Source: an uncultured Parachlamydiaceae bacterium (GTDB lineage: Bacteria; Chlamydiota; Chlamydiia; Chlamydiales; Parachlamydiaceae). Taken from it: 64,000 nucleotides of DNA. Each line of letters opens with the position of its first letter. Position 1 is the stretch's first letter. The stretch is from positions 64,001 through 128,000 of the forward strand of contig CAVVXH010000004.1 of NCBI GenBank assembly GCA_963752155.1, in the 5' to 3' direction. The notes below the pieces were generated by a model that searched no databases, was not told the DNA's origin, and saw nothing but the letters and a program-made list of their open reading frames with translations. The position numbers were made by a program, and so were the translations under genes. Below, piece by piece: positions 31,872 through 41,194 of this stretch.

Positions 31872-32702
31872 CTATGCAGATTGATCTTGATGTGCTTCTG
31901 CAAATAATTTTTTCAAATATTCGCCGAAAGTAGGCTCCACAATTGAATTTGAGGAGCCTTCTCTCTTGTAAATAGGTAAGGCAAAGTGATTATCCATAAA
32001 GATTCCAAATGAAATTCGATCTTTAGAAACTTGTTGAACTCGATGCCAAGCTGCTGTTAATTCCTCTGGATTATTGATATAAGTTTCGAGGGCTCGGCCG
32101 AAGTTAATAATAAAATGATCTTCTAACGGATTGACATCCACATATTGATCATTAATTTTAGCTTGCAAACCTTTTTGGTTGATAAATAGAACCGTGATTT
32201 GTCCAAAATCGCGGTGAGGGTAAAGGCCTTCGACTTCTCTTGATGGAGTGTAATGATTGAAGGTAAAAAATGTTTGCCCTTTTTCATTGGCTGCGCCACC
32301 TGTTGCCAAATCACGGTCGCTTTCAAGCACATCGCAGACTCTTAGAGTTTCGTTAAGAACTTTTGTACCTATTTCATGCATTTTTTTTGCTAAGAGTGCA
32401 ACTTCAGGAGAAAAGTATTGATCCCAGTATTTATTTTCTAAAATAAGTCGCTGATTTTGGGTATGATTTTGGACTCTGAACCCATTCGGCATCTCTAATT
32501 GTAGATTTTGAATGTGAGGAAATGTAAAAAATTTGTTACCAAATTCAACAGCAAAGTGTTGAAGTTTTTTGCATTCTTCTGGCATTTCTAAATAAAAAAA
32601 GCCCAATTGCGTAGCTTTTTTTAATTTTTCATCTAGATTCTTACCTAAATTAAGCTCTTGTTGTGAAATTTTCACAAGAGTATTTTCAGACACTATATTC
32701 AT
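31872..32702 (-). CDS. 2-oxoglutarate/Fe(II)-dependent oxygenase (IPNS-like)
   Basis: LGFFYL, HRDFGQITVL (HxD), INFGRALE, WHRV...RISF. Confidence 0.9.
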   Translation of the reverse strand: MNIVSENTLVKISQQELNLGKNLDEKLKKATQLGFFYLEMPEECKKLQHFAVEFGNKFFTFPHIQNLQLEMPNGFRVQNHTQNQRLILENKYWDQYFSPEVALLAKKMHEIGTKVLNETLRVCDVLESDRDLATGGAANEKGQTFFTFNHYTPSREVEGLYPHRDFGQITVLFINQKGLQAKINDQYVDVNPLEDHFIINFGRALETYINNPEELTAAWHRVQQVSKDRISFGIFMDNHFALPIYKREGSSNSIVEPTFGEYLKKLFAEAHQDQSA

Positions 32703-32861
32703 TTGATGAACTCCTATAAATTGTTAAGAAAAGTCTTCTTGTCAAAGACACATATTGATGTGTTAGACAATAGTAATATTACTATTTAAGGGATTTGTAT
32801 TATAACCGTATAAAATACCGTATCCGGCGTAAGAATTTCCAAATGAGACCAATTTGATTTA

Positions 32862-33620
32862 CTACTCCCAGTAAAATCGTTCATGCAGTTCAGATTTTGA
32901 GGTGCAGCCTAATTTTTGCAAGATATTTATAAAATAGTGCTCTACAGTCCGTTTTGAAAGACCCAGAATTGCTGCAGAGGATTGTGCAGAGCGTCCTTGC
33001 AGAAACAAGGTTAAGCATTCCTGTTCTCTTTTTGTTAGAGGATTAATTGCTTTAAGAAATTGATGTGTTGAAGCTTGATTAGAAAGGGGAAGCGAAGAAG
33101 AGCGTTCGAAAAATGATTGACCTTTTGCATCAATAAGATTAAATTTTTCAGCAGCTATTTGATTTAAGATGGAATCAGCTTCATTCTTAAAATATTTAAT
33201 AAATCGTTCTATCAAAAACAAATTCTCTATATAATTAGTTTTTGAATTTCCGAATAGAAAACCTTCGCATGAACAATTTCTTTGCTGGACAACTAAAAAC
33301 GTATTGTTTAGATTGAATCGATTACGAGATAATTCGATGGATTTCTGATAATTAGAATCCGCGGTTGTCGCTGTAAATACACATCCAGATTTGACTAGCT
33401 CAGGACTGACTAAGTAAGGATTAGATAGATAAAATTTTTCATGATAATAGAATTCCATTTGTTCAATGAAATTAGAAAATGTAATTAGTGTCCCATCATT
33501 GTAGATTTTATAATATGTAAGTATGGGGATATCTAAATGATCTTTTAGAGGAGAGCAAATTTTTTTAATTTGCTTTTCAAATTTTATAGAATATTTAACA
33601 ATATCTTTGATTGATTTCAT
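32862..33620 (-). CDS. LuxR-family transcriptional regulator
   Basis: C-terminal HTH LTKREQECL..GRSAQSSAAILGLSKRTVEHYFINILQKLG. Confidence 0.9.
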   Translation of the reverse strand: MKSIKDIVKYSIKFEKQIKKICSPLKDHLDIPILTYYKIYNDGTLITFSNFIEQMEFYYHEKFYLSNPYLVSPELVKSGCVFTATTADSNYQKSIELSRNRFNLNNTFLVVQQRNCSCEGFLFGNSKTNYIENLFLIERFIKYFKNEADSILNQIAAEKFNLIDAKGQSFFERSSSLPLSNQASTHQFLKAINPLTKREQECLTLFLQGRSAQSSAAILGLSKRTVEHYFINILQKLGCTSKSELHERFYWE

Positions 33621-33798
33621 TTTAAACGAACCCTTAAGTTAAAAAATCTTGTGACTTTCCGAAATTTTTGAGTGTATATGAAGTGAAAAATGATCAAAAA
33701 TTCTAAATAGGTTAGCTCATCATCCACCATAAAGAAATCTTGGTTTATTGTCAATAGATTATGATAGGAATGATAGAAAATTTTAAGAGTATTTTCCA

Positions 33799-33827
33799 TT
33801 GACTTTAATGGTAATTTGTGATATTAT
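33799..33827 (+). promoter_or_regulatory. Sigma70/sigma66-type promoter candidate
   Basis: TTGACT-N17-TATTAT with an extended TG, upstream of RBS AAGGAG and ORF 33905. Confidence 0.55.
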
Positions 33828-33904
33828 TAATAGAAAACAATATTTGACCAGTGACCATTTGCCTATTGTTGCAGAAGTTACTGTAAAATAAAAAGGAGAC
33901 CACA

Positions 33905-34540
33905 ATGATGAACACAACTATTTATATAGTCAAAGGTGGAGAATCTACTTCAGCTGGAGTCTGGCATGGAGCTGATACGAATAGTCATCTTACTGAGCAA
34001 GGAAAGCAGTCAGCTGCAAATTTACAAAGTAAAGTTTCTTCTTGGGGCATTACAGCGGCCTATACATCCCCGCAAAAACGTATTATAGACTCCGCTGCGC
34101 TGGCTTTGAATGGCTCCGGTATTACAGCAACAGTTAGCGAAGATCTTCGACCCAGAAAAATAACTCCTTTTGAGGGGATGCCGGGTGATGATGTAAAAGT
34201 GCTTTACAAACAACATAATGGGCTAGATCCACTCCATAAGGTAACTTCGGATGGAGTCTTCTCTAAAGAATGGGGACCATGGGAATCAGGGGCTTTTGAA
34301 ATCAACGAAGTTCTTAGAGCTAGAATAAAGAATTTTAGTGAGATGGTATTAAGTTCTCATCAAGGCGAGAGCGTGTATGTTCAAACGCATGTTGATTGGA
34401 TTCGTGAGGCATATCGTCTGTATACAAAAGCTCCAGATACTGAAGATTATGCTGTAACTCCCAAAACTGTATTGATCTTAAAATTTAACGATTCTAGGGA
34501 ATTTATCGAAGCAGAACGTATAGAAATGCCTAATCGTTAA
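33905..34540 (+). CDS. Histidine-phosphatase (PGAM) superfamily protein with degenerate active site
   Basis: TTIYIVKGGES (RHG replaced by KGG), LTEQG, YTSP..R, THVDWIR. Confidence 0.75.
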   Translation: MMNTTIYIVKGGESTSAGVWHGADTNSHLTEQGKQSAANLQSKVSSWGITAAYTSPQKRIIDSAALALNGSGITATVSEDLRPRKITPFEGMPGDDVKVLYKQHNGLDPLHKVTSDGVFSKEWGPWESGAFEINEVLRARIKNFSEMVLSSHQGESVYVQTHVDWIREAYRLYTKAPDTEDYAVTPKTVLILKFNDSREFIEAERIEMPNR

Positions 34541-34588
34541 TTAAAGTTTAATTAACGAAATCGAGTTACATTTTTGTGGCTCGATTTC
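34534..34588. terminator. Two adjacent hairpins between convergent genes
   Basis: TCGTTAATTAAA-G-TTTAATTAACGA and AAATCGAGTTACA-TTTT-TGTGGCTCGATTT. Confidence 0.5.
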
Positions 34589-34678
34589 TATATAAAACAT
34601 TTCTCTTTTTTTTAAGAAGGTTCAATATGAACTTATCGATGTTATCATTAAGAATTTCTTCTAAATGGTCAAGTGAAA

Positions 34679-35254
34679 CTACGAGAGAAAATTGGACGGT
34701 TCGACAGAAAAAAATCGTCCTAATGCGACTGCCTGAGGATATGAAAGTTGAGTACGTCCCTTGCGTTGATTTATAAATTCAGACACTTGACTTTCTGATT
34801 TAAAACAGTTAGGGACTAAATCTTTCTGATTTAAGTTATTTTCTTCTAATAACAGCTTGAGAAATACATATGGTTTGATATCTTTTGCAGTAGGAATATA
34901 ATGTTTTTCATCAAAATCTGAGATTAGCAACAACAAAACTTCTTTATAGTGCCTTATTTCTAATGGAGGATTAGATTCAAAAGCTCTTTCAAGATATTCT
35001 AAAAGGCCTTCTGCTTCGCGAGCTTCTTTTTCTGACTTTATTTGTCTTAATCTAAAAACTTGTAATAACGCGGAAAATAAAGAGTCAGCCTCAATGTTCT
35101 CTAATTTTTGGGAGATCTTCTCTAGCCCCACTACAGAAGGAAAACAAAAAAGTGATACTTCCTTAAGGGTTTTGCTTGTAATTAATCTCATGTTAATTCC
35201 TCTATTTCTTTTCATAACAGTTCGCATATTGCGAATCAAGATAATTCTAACCAA
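34679..35254 (-). CDS. HigA-like antitoxin (HTH); N-terminus may be a fused HigB stub
   Basis: EVLLLLISDFDEKHY...LKLLLEENNLNQKDLV..FKSESQVSEFIN..LGRFFSV. Confidence 0.8.
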   Translation of the reverse strand: MVRIILIRNMRTVMKRNRGINMRLITSKTLKEVSLFCFPSVVGLEKISQKLENIEADSLFSALLQVFRLRQIKSEKEAREAEGLLEYLERAFESNPPLEIRHYKEVLLLLISDFDEKHYIPTAKDIKPYVFLKLLLEENNLNQKDLVPNCFKSESQVSEFINQRKGRTQLSYPQAVALGRFFSVEPSNFLS

Positions 35255-35292
35255 GCAGCAATTCTCGCTAACTTTTCGTGCTCAGTAAGAAA

Positions 35293-35912
35293 TTGCGCAA
35301 ATTGTAGCTCATCATTCCAATGCATACGCATCAGGATAAGGATAAGATAAGGAATAAGGAAATTAAAATTTTATTTCCTTATCCTGAATCCTGATGCGTA
35401 TGCATTCCGAGTATACAGCTTGACACGTTCTGTTGCTACTGTGGATCAACGATAAGAACGATAAGAACGATAAAAAACTATAAAAACGATGGAAGAAGTC
35501 TGGTTGTAGGAAAAACCGTAATCGTGGAATTAAAATGTTGTAAAAGTTTGGTTCGCGAACATCAGGCGCAATTATTCAACTATTTAAAAGTTTCTCAACT
35601 TTAAATCGGTTTGTTAGCAAATTTCCGGCATAGGAAATTACTGCAAAACAATGAGGACTTTTCGACTAATCTAGAAGAAATCTGTGACGTACTGAGTATT
35701 CCACAAATTTTTATCGTTCTTATCGTTCTTATCGTTCTTATCGTTTTTATCGTTTTTATCGTTGTATCGTTGTATCGTTGTATCGTTGTATCGTTGATTA
35801 CGTCTACATAAAAAAACATATCCCGACAACATCGTGAATGCGTGTTAATGTTAATTTCCTTATCCTTATCCTGATGCGTATGCATCGGAATGATGAGCTA
35901 CAGTTTGCGCAA
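35293..35912. mobile_element. Nested palindromic element: 54-bp outer inverted repeats and inverted 8-9-mer arrays enclosing a GxxExxY remnant
   Basis: 35293-35346 vs 35859-35912 (2 mismatches). About 5 AACGATAAG-type units at 35447-35490 face 10 TTATCGTTN/TATCGTTG units at 35711-35796. Confidence 0.8.
35489..35700 (+). pseudogene. GxxExxY-family gene remnant (C-terminal half)
   Basis: From 35500: LVVGKTVIVELKCCKSLVREHQAQLFNYLKVSQL*IGLLANF, aligning to ILVENKVIIEVKATEKEQDIHKAQLLTYLRLSDIKLGLLINF of the gene at 46646. Stop at 35602-35604. Confidence 0.85.
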
Positions 35913-36091
35913 ATTTATATTGTTTAGGATGTCGATGTAACATAAAATGAATTTAAATTTTACATTTACCAATAATGTCGGTGCCAATATAATCAAATTT
36001 TTAGGCACTTCTTTCATAAATAGGTGATTTATGTCCCTATGGGTGTCGATCAGCGAAAAATAAAGCAAAAAAACAGTGGAATGCATCCAAA

Positions 36092-36934
36092 ATGCAAATA
36101 AATAAAGCATATAAATACGCACTTCAAGCAAATCAGAAAAATCTATTCTCCGATTTGAAGCATTTTCCCAAAAATCTTAAACAACGTAATTCGATTTTAT
36201 TTTATTTTGGAAGTTGTTTGATGGCCTTATTTGTGTTATTTTTAATTGCTTTTACAATTTGTCAATATTCTATCTATGAACTTTGCCATTGGCTAAAACC
36301 TGGGAAGTTCACTTTTTCTTTCGCTATGTACGTCTTTGCGATGGGTTGGTATCTTCACTATCTGAAAGATTCTCTTTCTGAAACCACCTTAAAAGCAATC
36401 ACCTGGATGATTATGATTATTATTACCTTAGAAATAATGATCATGTTGGCTCAAAGCTGGATGGCCTCTACATCGTATCTTTCATTACATGTTCCACCTC
36501 TATTGACCCAATCTCTTCAAGAGAAATTTTATGTTGCATGTAATGTTCTTATATTAGGTGGTACAGGCATTGCAGTATTTATTGCTGCACAATTTTTTAA
36601 AAACATACAACTTAAACCGATGATCTATCTGTGGTCTATTCGTGTGAGCTTTGTGATTTTTATATTAAGCTGTTTTTTGGGTATACTGATGATGACCTAC
36701 TATGGACAAACAAATCTTGGTTCAAGTGGTCTCAACATTCCATTTACTCAGTTTTCGACAGTGCGTAGCAACTTGATTTCGATGCATTTTCTTGGTATTC
36801 ATGCTATTCAGATCATCCCTTTAATCACCTATTATTCACAAAATTTCTTAGGGAAAGGATTTCTTATTTCCACTGTGACAATTTATTCTTCTGTATGTCT
36901 CATCTTGTTTTTGATGATCAATAATTTCTTGTAA
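36092..36934 (+). CDS. Hypothetical integral membrane protein
   Basis: Several transmembrane helices; WLKPGKF and HFLGIHAIQ motifs. Confidence 0.7.
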   Translation: MQINKAYKYALQANQKNLFSDLKHFPKNLKQRNSILFYFGSCLMALFVLFLIAFTICQYSIYELCHWLKPGKFTFSFAMYVFAMGWYLHYLKDSLSETTLKAITWMIMIIITLEIMIMLAQSWMASTSYLSLHVPPLLTQSLQEKFYVACNVLILGGTGIAVFIAAQFFKNIQLKPMIYLWSIRVSFVIFILSCFLGILMMTYYGQTNLGSSGLNIPFTQFSTVRSNLISMHFLGIHAIQIIPLITYYSQNFLGKGFLISTVTIYSSVCLILFLMINNFL

Positions 36935-37045
36935 ATTGTAGCTCTTCATTTATGTAGTCTGATCCTTGAATAAAAAAAGCAAATCTTTTACGGTAAATGA
37001 ATAAGGAGATTTCCTAAATAATACTATAAAAATGAGGATTTAAAA

Positions 37046-38210
37046 ATGAATAGGATTAATCCTGCTGAGGAAGGACTGGATAAGTTCTTCTTTTTACATG
37101 ATAAATCAAGAAATAGGCTCTTCTGTCATTTACATGTGGTTCATTTAGGTAGATTAGCTTCTACGAGTAAATTAGGAAATTGGATAGCCAATGAAGGAAT
37201 GAAGTTTATTGCTAGCAAATATGGTTATTCAAACATTTATCAATTTGGAGCCGCTACATATTTAAAAAAAGTATTCCATTTGATTCACTGGCTTGATAGA
37301 AAAAAATATATTTCTCCAAGCAATTTTTTAAAAATAAAAAAAATGGGTCGAATTAGTTTCACTTTAAAAAAAAATATGATGGAATCATTAAGAAGTTTGT
37401 ACTCATTAGGCATTTTAACTCCTTTATTGAATGTTAACAAGCCCGAACGTGTATGGAAGAAAATAGATGCACTGATTCGTCAATGTCGCTGGGGGCAGTT
37501 TTCATTAGTTCTAAATAGTGTGAATTCATCCCGCACAACACTCCTCCATTACGCAGTAAAAAAAGGAGAAGGGGAAGTTGTGAATATGTTATTGAACTTA
37601 GGGGCTGACCCCAATAAATTAAATATTTATCAGCATTCTCCCCTCCTTGATGCCAAATGTCCTCGAATTGTCAGTCAACTTCTTAGGCATGGAGCCCATG
37701 TAAATCACCGTGGTGGCTTTACTAGTGTCACACCATTACATTTGGCTGTAGAGGATGGACGAATTGATATTGCTAAGATTCTATTGGAGAATAAGGCGAA
37801 TCCAAATCTATTGAATGGTTCTGGTTTATCGGCTTTACAAACCGCGATTTATTCTAGAGAAAAAATAATAATAGAAATGGTCAAATTATTACTAGAATAT
37901 AACGCTAATACCAATATCCATAATAACTATCCTCTTTTGAGTACCCTTACCGGAAAACCCGATATTATGGAATTATTCTTAACAAAATGGAGCCGATCCA
38001 AATGCTCGCGTACCTAATACCAGTAACCATACTCCTTTACATCTTGCCGTCGAAAAAGGACATTTTTGCGCAGTAAGAATTCTTTTAAAATATGGTGCGA
38101 TCAGTAGCCTCCAAACATTAGAAGGACTTACCCCAATGGACATGGCGATTAACAACAACGATATAATGTTAATAGATCTATTAAACAATTTCGATGTATT
38201 AAACAACTAA
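37046..38210 (+). pseudogene. Ankyrin-repeat protein (possible N-terminal F-box), frameshifted near 37982
   Basis: ANK motifs in ORF 37046..38017. The shifted frame continues QNGADPNARVPNTSNHTPLHLAVEKGH...GLTPMDMA to TAA at 38208-38210. Confidence 0.8.
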
Positions 38211-38217
38211 AAATGTG

Positions 38218-39063
38218 TCAGATATAGTCTACAGCTATCGTACAACATAGTGTCATAATGATCGCAAGAGAACAGACGAACATTTTTTTTGCCCACACGA
38301 TATCATTTTTGTTGTCAAATCCTTTAAGGCATAGCCCAAGCCAAGCTAAACCAAGGATGGAGGCAATGATAAAATACAGATTGCCCGTATAGCCGGTAAC
38401 CGTTAGCAGAAGTGTTGTTACCATATAGGCGATGATATAGAAGAGCATTTGTATTTTTGTGGCAAAGATTCCCTTTTCAACTGGAAGTACGGGAATAGAG
38501 GCTGCAGCGTAATCTTGCAAACGATAAATGGCGATTGCAAAAAAATGGGGCATTTGCCAAAGCAACACAATCATGAAAAGAAGTAGCGCGCCCATATCAA
38601 ATCGATTGCTCACAGCGCAGTAACCAACCACTGGTGGGACTGCTCCAGCTATACTACCCACAAATGTGCCATAAAATGATCGATATTTCCAGAAAGCATA
38701 TAAAACCAAGTAAACAAAAAATCCCGTAGCGGCAACAAAGAAGGTCAATAGGTTTGTGAAAGTTAATATGAAACCTCCAATTGCTCCAAGCAAAGAACCA
38801 AATAAAAGTGCATTTTGATTGGACACTGTTCCCTTGACTAAGGCTCGTTCCTTAGTTCTTTCCATTTTTGCATCGATGACGCGATCAAGGTAATTGTTGA
38901 AAACCCCCGCAGATGCAATCACAAAGGCTAATCCTAAAAGAGTGATTAAAAATAGCCTATAATCAATATCTCCTCTCGATGCTAAAGCAAAGCCTGCTGC
39001 TGTGGTGACGATGTTACCAAGGATAATACCGGGCTTCGTGAGCATATAATAAACTTTAATCAT
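38218..39063 (-). CDS. cyoE: Protoheme IX farnesyltransferase (heme O synthase)
   Basis: LTKPGI, DRVIDAKMERTKERAL, WQMPHFFAIA. Confidence 0.95.
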   Translation of the reverse strand: MIKVYYMLTKPGIILGNIVTTAAGFALASRGDIDYRLFLITLLGLAFVIASAGVFNNYLDRVIDAKMERTKERALVKGTVSNQNALLFGSLLGAIGGFILTFTNLLTFFVAATGFFVYLVLYAFWKYRSFYGTFVGSIAGAVPPVVGYCAVSNRFDMGALLLFMIVLLWQMPHFFAIAIYRLQDYAAASIPVLPVEKGIFATKIQMLFYIIAYMVTTLLLTVTGYTGNLYFIIASILGLAWLGLCLKGFDNKNDIVWAKKMFVCSLAIIMTLCCTIAVDYI

Positions 39064-39089
39064 GCAAATCCTCTAGTTTTAATTTTTTT

Positions 39090-39442
39090 CTACATTTCCA
39101 TCATTGGCATCGTGCGTTCCATCAGGTTGTACATAATCCATAGACTACCTGCTACAAGAATAAACGCTAATACAAGCATGAAGAGAAATGTAAATAGATT
39201 CCATTGGGGTTTTGATTCATCTCCTAAATGCAAGAAATAGTGCAGTTGGACAGTGGCTTGAAATAATGCTAAAAACACGAGGACTAAACTCAAGGACCAA
39301 CCTGAAAATATCTGCCCAAGGACAAGAAAAAAGCTAGTAGAGTCAATCCAATGGATAAAAGAAAGCCTAGCACATAAGATCTATAATTCCCTTGAGGGTG
39401 TGCTTTACTTAAGGCCTCTAGTTTGTCGGTGGTGTGGTCCAA
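39090..39442 (-). pseudogene. cyoD: Cytochrome bo3 oxidase subunit IV, frameshifted
   Basis: TTG at 39442 reads ...SYVLGFLLSIGLTLLAFF, shifts frame at the T run near 39330, then continues QATVQLHYFLHL..GSLWIMYNL. Confidence 0.85.
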
Positions 39443-39443
39443 G

Positions 39444-40059
39444 TTATTGTGCTCCCATTAAATATACGAAAGTGAAAATGAAAATCCAAATCACATCTAA
39501 AAAATGCCAAAATAAGCTTAGGCATGCCAGTCGTCTGTGTGTGGACAATGTGATCCCTCTGAGTCCACACAAGATAGAGCATGACACCGATCCATAAAAG
39601 GCCAAAGGTGATATGCAATCCGTGGGTGCTGACTAATGTAAAAAAAGCCGATAAAAAGGCGCTTGTTCTCCAGCTGTGACCTGCTTCAATAAGCTCTCTA
39701 AATTCAAACAACTCCATTGCCAAGAAAGCTGCCCCAAGTAAAAACGTGGCGATGAAGAAACCGATCACCTTGCTTTGGTCTTTCTTATGAGCCGCTAACA
39801 TTCCTAAGCCACATAAGAAGCTACTTGTCAAAAGAAGGAGGGTTTCGACTAAAGCAAAGGGAAGAGAAAAAAGCTCTTTTGATGTGGGGCCTCCGAAGGT
39901 TCCATTGTGGAGCACTGCATAAGTGGCAAAAAGAATGGCAAAGAGGATACAATCAGTTAAAATATAGATCCAAAATCCAAAAAGAGTGCGGTCATAGATT
40001 TCTAAATCTGCATCGTGGTGAGCGTGAGGGGACAGATCTGCCGTTATGGGAGTTGCCAT
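39444..40059 (-). pseudogene. cyoC: Cytochrome bo3 oxidase subunit III, frameshifted
   Basis: [30 protein letters not shown]. The conserved tail [26 protein letters not shown] lies in another frame after ~39560 and ends at TAA 39444. Confidence 0.9.
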
Positions 40060-40065
40060 AAAAAA

Positions 40066-40956
40066 TTACCCTTTTATCGTTTCAGTCTTATTTGATTCAC
40101 TTGGCATCATGTACTTCATTATAATTTGATTAAATAAATCATTCTCTTCTAATGAGTAGAGATGTGTCTTATCATATGAGCTAGGTTGAACAAGTTGTTG
40201 ATATTCTTTTTCGTTTAAAACGATGCTAGATTCCTTAGCAGACTTTACCCATTGATCGAATTCTTCTTGAGTGCTTGATTTAGCAATAAAATGCATCCCC
40301 GAAAATCCTTGACCACTTAAATTTGCAGACGATCCTCTAAAATCGCCTGGTTCCAAGGCCAAAAGGTGCAGTTGAGTTGACATGCCTGGCATTGCGTAAA
40401 TTTGTCCACCAAGCTGTGGAATCCAAAATGAGTTCATGGGGGCATCTGCAGTGATTTCAAAATCTAAGGGGGTATTTCCAGGAAATTGGAAAAAATTCAG
40501 AGACGCTATCTTCTGTTCAGGATAAATGAATAGCCATTTCCATTGAAGAGCAACAACTTGGATCTTAACTGGCTTGACACTGCTATTAAAAGGCTTAAAA
40601 GGATCTAATTCGTGGCTACTTTTCCATGTCACAACAGAAAGGACGAGAATAATTAAACAAGGAAACCCCCACCAGATGATTTCAGCTAGGGTATCATCAT
40701 GCCAATTTGGAGCATACTCCGCTTCTTTATTGCCGGCTCTATAGCGGATACAAATAGCAAACGTTAAAATAAGCACAGGAATCACAACGATCAACATGAG
40801 CAAAGTTGCAATATACATGAGGTCTTGCTGTTTAAGCGCAATAATTCCTTTAGGGTCTAAAACAGCGCTTGACATCGCATAGGGATAGAGAATAAGCGAA
40901 AGTAATACCGTGAGCGTAAGCAGAAAGGCAAAAAGAAATTTGTGTTTAATTTTCAT
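40066..40956 (-). CDS. cyoA: Cytochrome bo3 ubiquinol oxidase subunit II
   Basis: VLDPKG, QVVALQWKWLFIYP, MNSFWIPQLGGQIYAMPGM. Confidence 0.95.
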   Translation of the reverse strand: MKIKHKFLFAFLLTLTVLLSLILYPYAMSSAVLDPKGIIALKQQDLMYIATLLMLIVVIPVLILTFAICIRYRAGNKEAEYAPNWHDDTLAEIIWWGFPCLIILVLSVVTWKSSHELDPFKPFNSSVKPVKIQVVALQWKWLFIYPEQKIASLNFFQFPGNTPLDFEITADAPMNSFWIPQLGGQIYAMPGMSTQLHLLALEPGDFRGSSANLSGQGFSGMHFIAKSSTQEEFDQWVKSAKESSIVLNEKEYQQLVQPSSYDKTHLYSLEENDLFNQIIMKYMMPSESNKTETIKG

Positions 40957-41074
40957 TACGTATCGCAGGTAGCGGGTTTATAAATTTTAGTTTTATACGA
41001 AATGGAAACTCTTTGTCTAGCAAAATTTTCGTAATGATTCACGTTTTGCATTTAGGATCATTGATATCAAAATA

Positions 41075-41113
41075 TACCTGATGTATTATACATCATGTAC
41101 AATACATCAGGTA
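41075..41113. promoter_or_regulatory. 19-bp near-perfect inverted repeat between divergent cyoA and glycosyltransferase genes
   Basis: TACCTGATGTATTATACAT-C-ATGTACAATACATCAGGTA. Confidence 0.4.
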
Positions 41114-41194
41114 AAATTATGCAAATGATGAGCAGCAAACAATAGTTCCTTAGTCACATGAGAAGATCTTTAGGCAATATCTAAGAGGTTAAAA

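Noticed and set aside
35447..35796. Short tandem repeats as a CRISPR array
   Set aside because: Units are 8-9 bp with no unique spacers and no cas genes are present; they are inverted microsatellite-like arms.
35601..35885. ORFs 35601..35885 (-) and 35611..35811 (+) as real genes
   Set aside because: Their low-complexity TIR/IVL runs are translations of the tandem repeats. Only the start of the + frame is a GxxExxY remnant.
37979..38206. 75-aa minus-strand ORF
   Set aside because: Antisense of the frameshifted ankyrin tail on the + strand.
41061..41070. TTGATATCAA as an FNR box upstream of cyoA
   Set aside because: It lacks the 4-nt spacer of TTGAT-N4-ATCAA.
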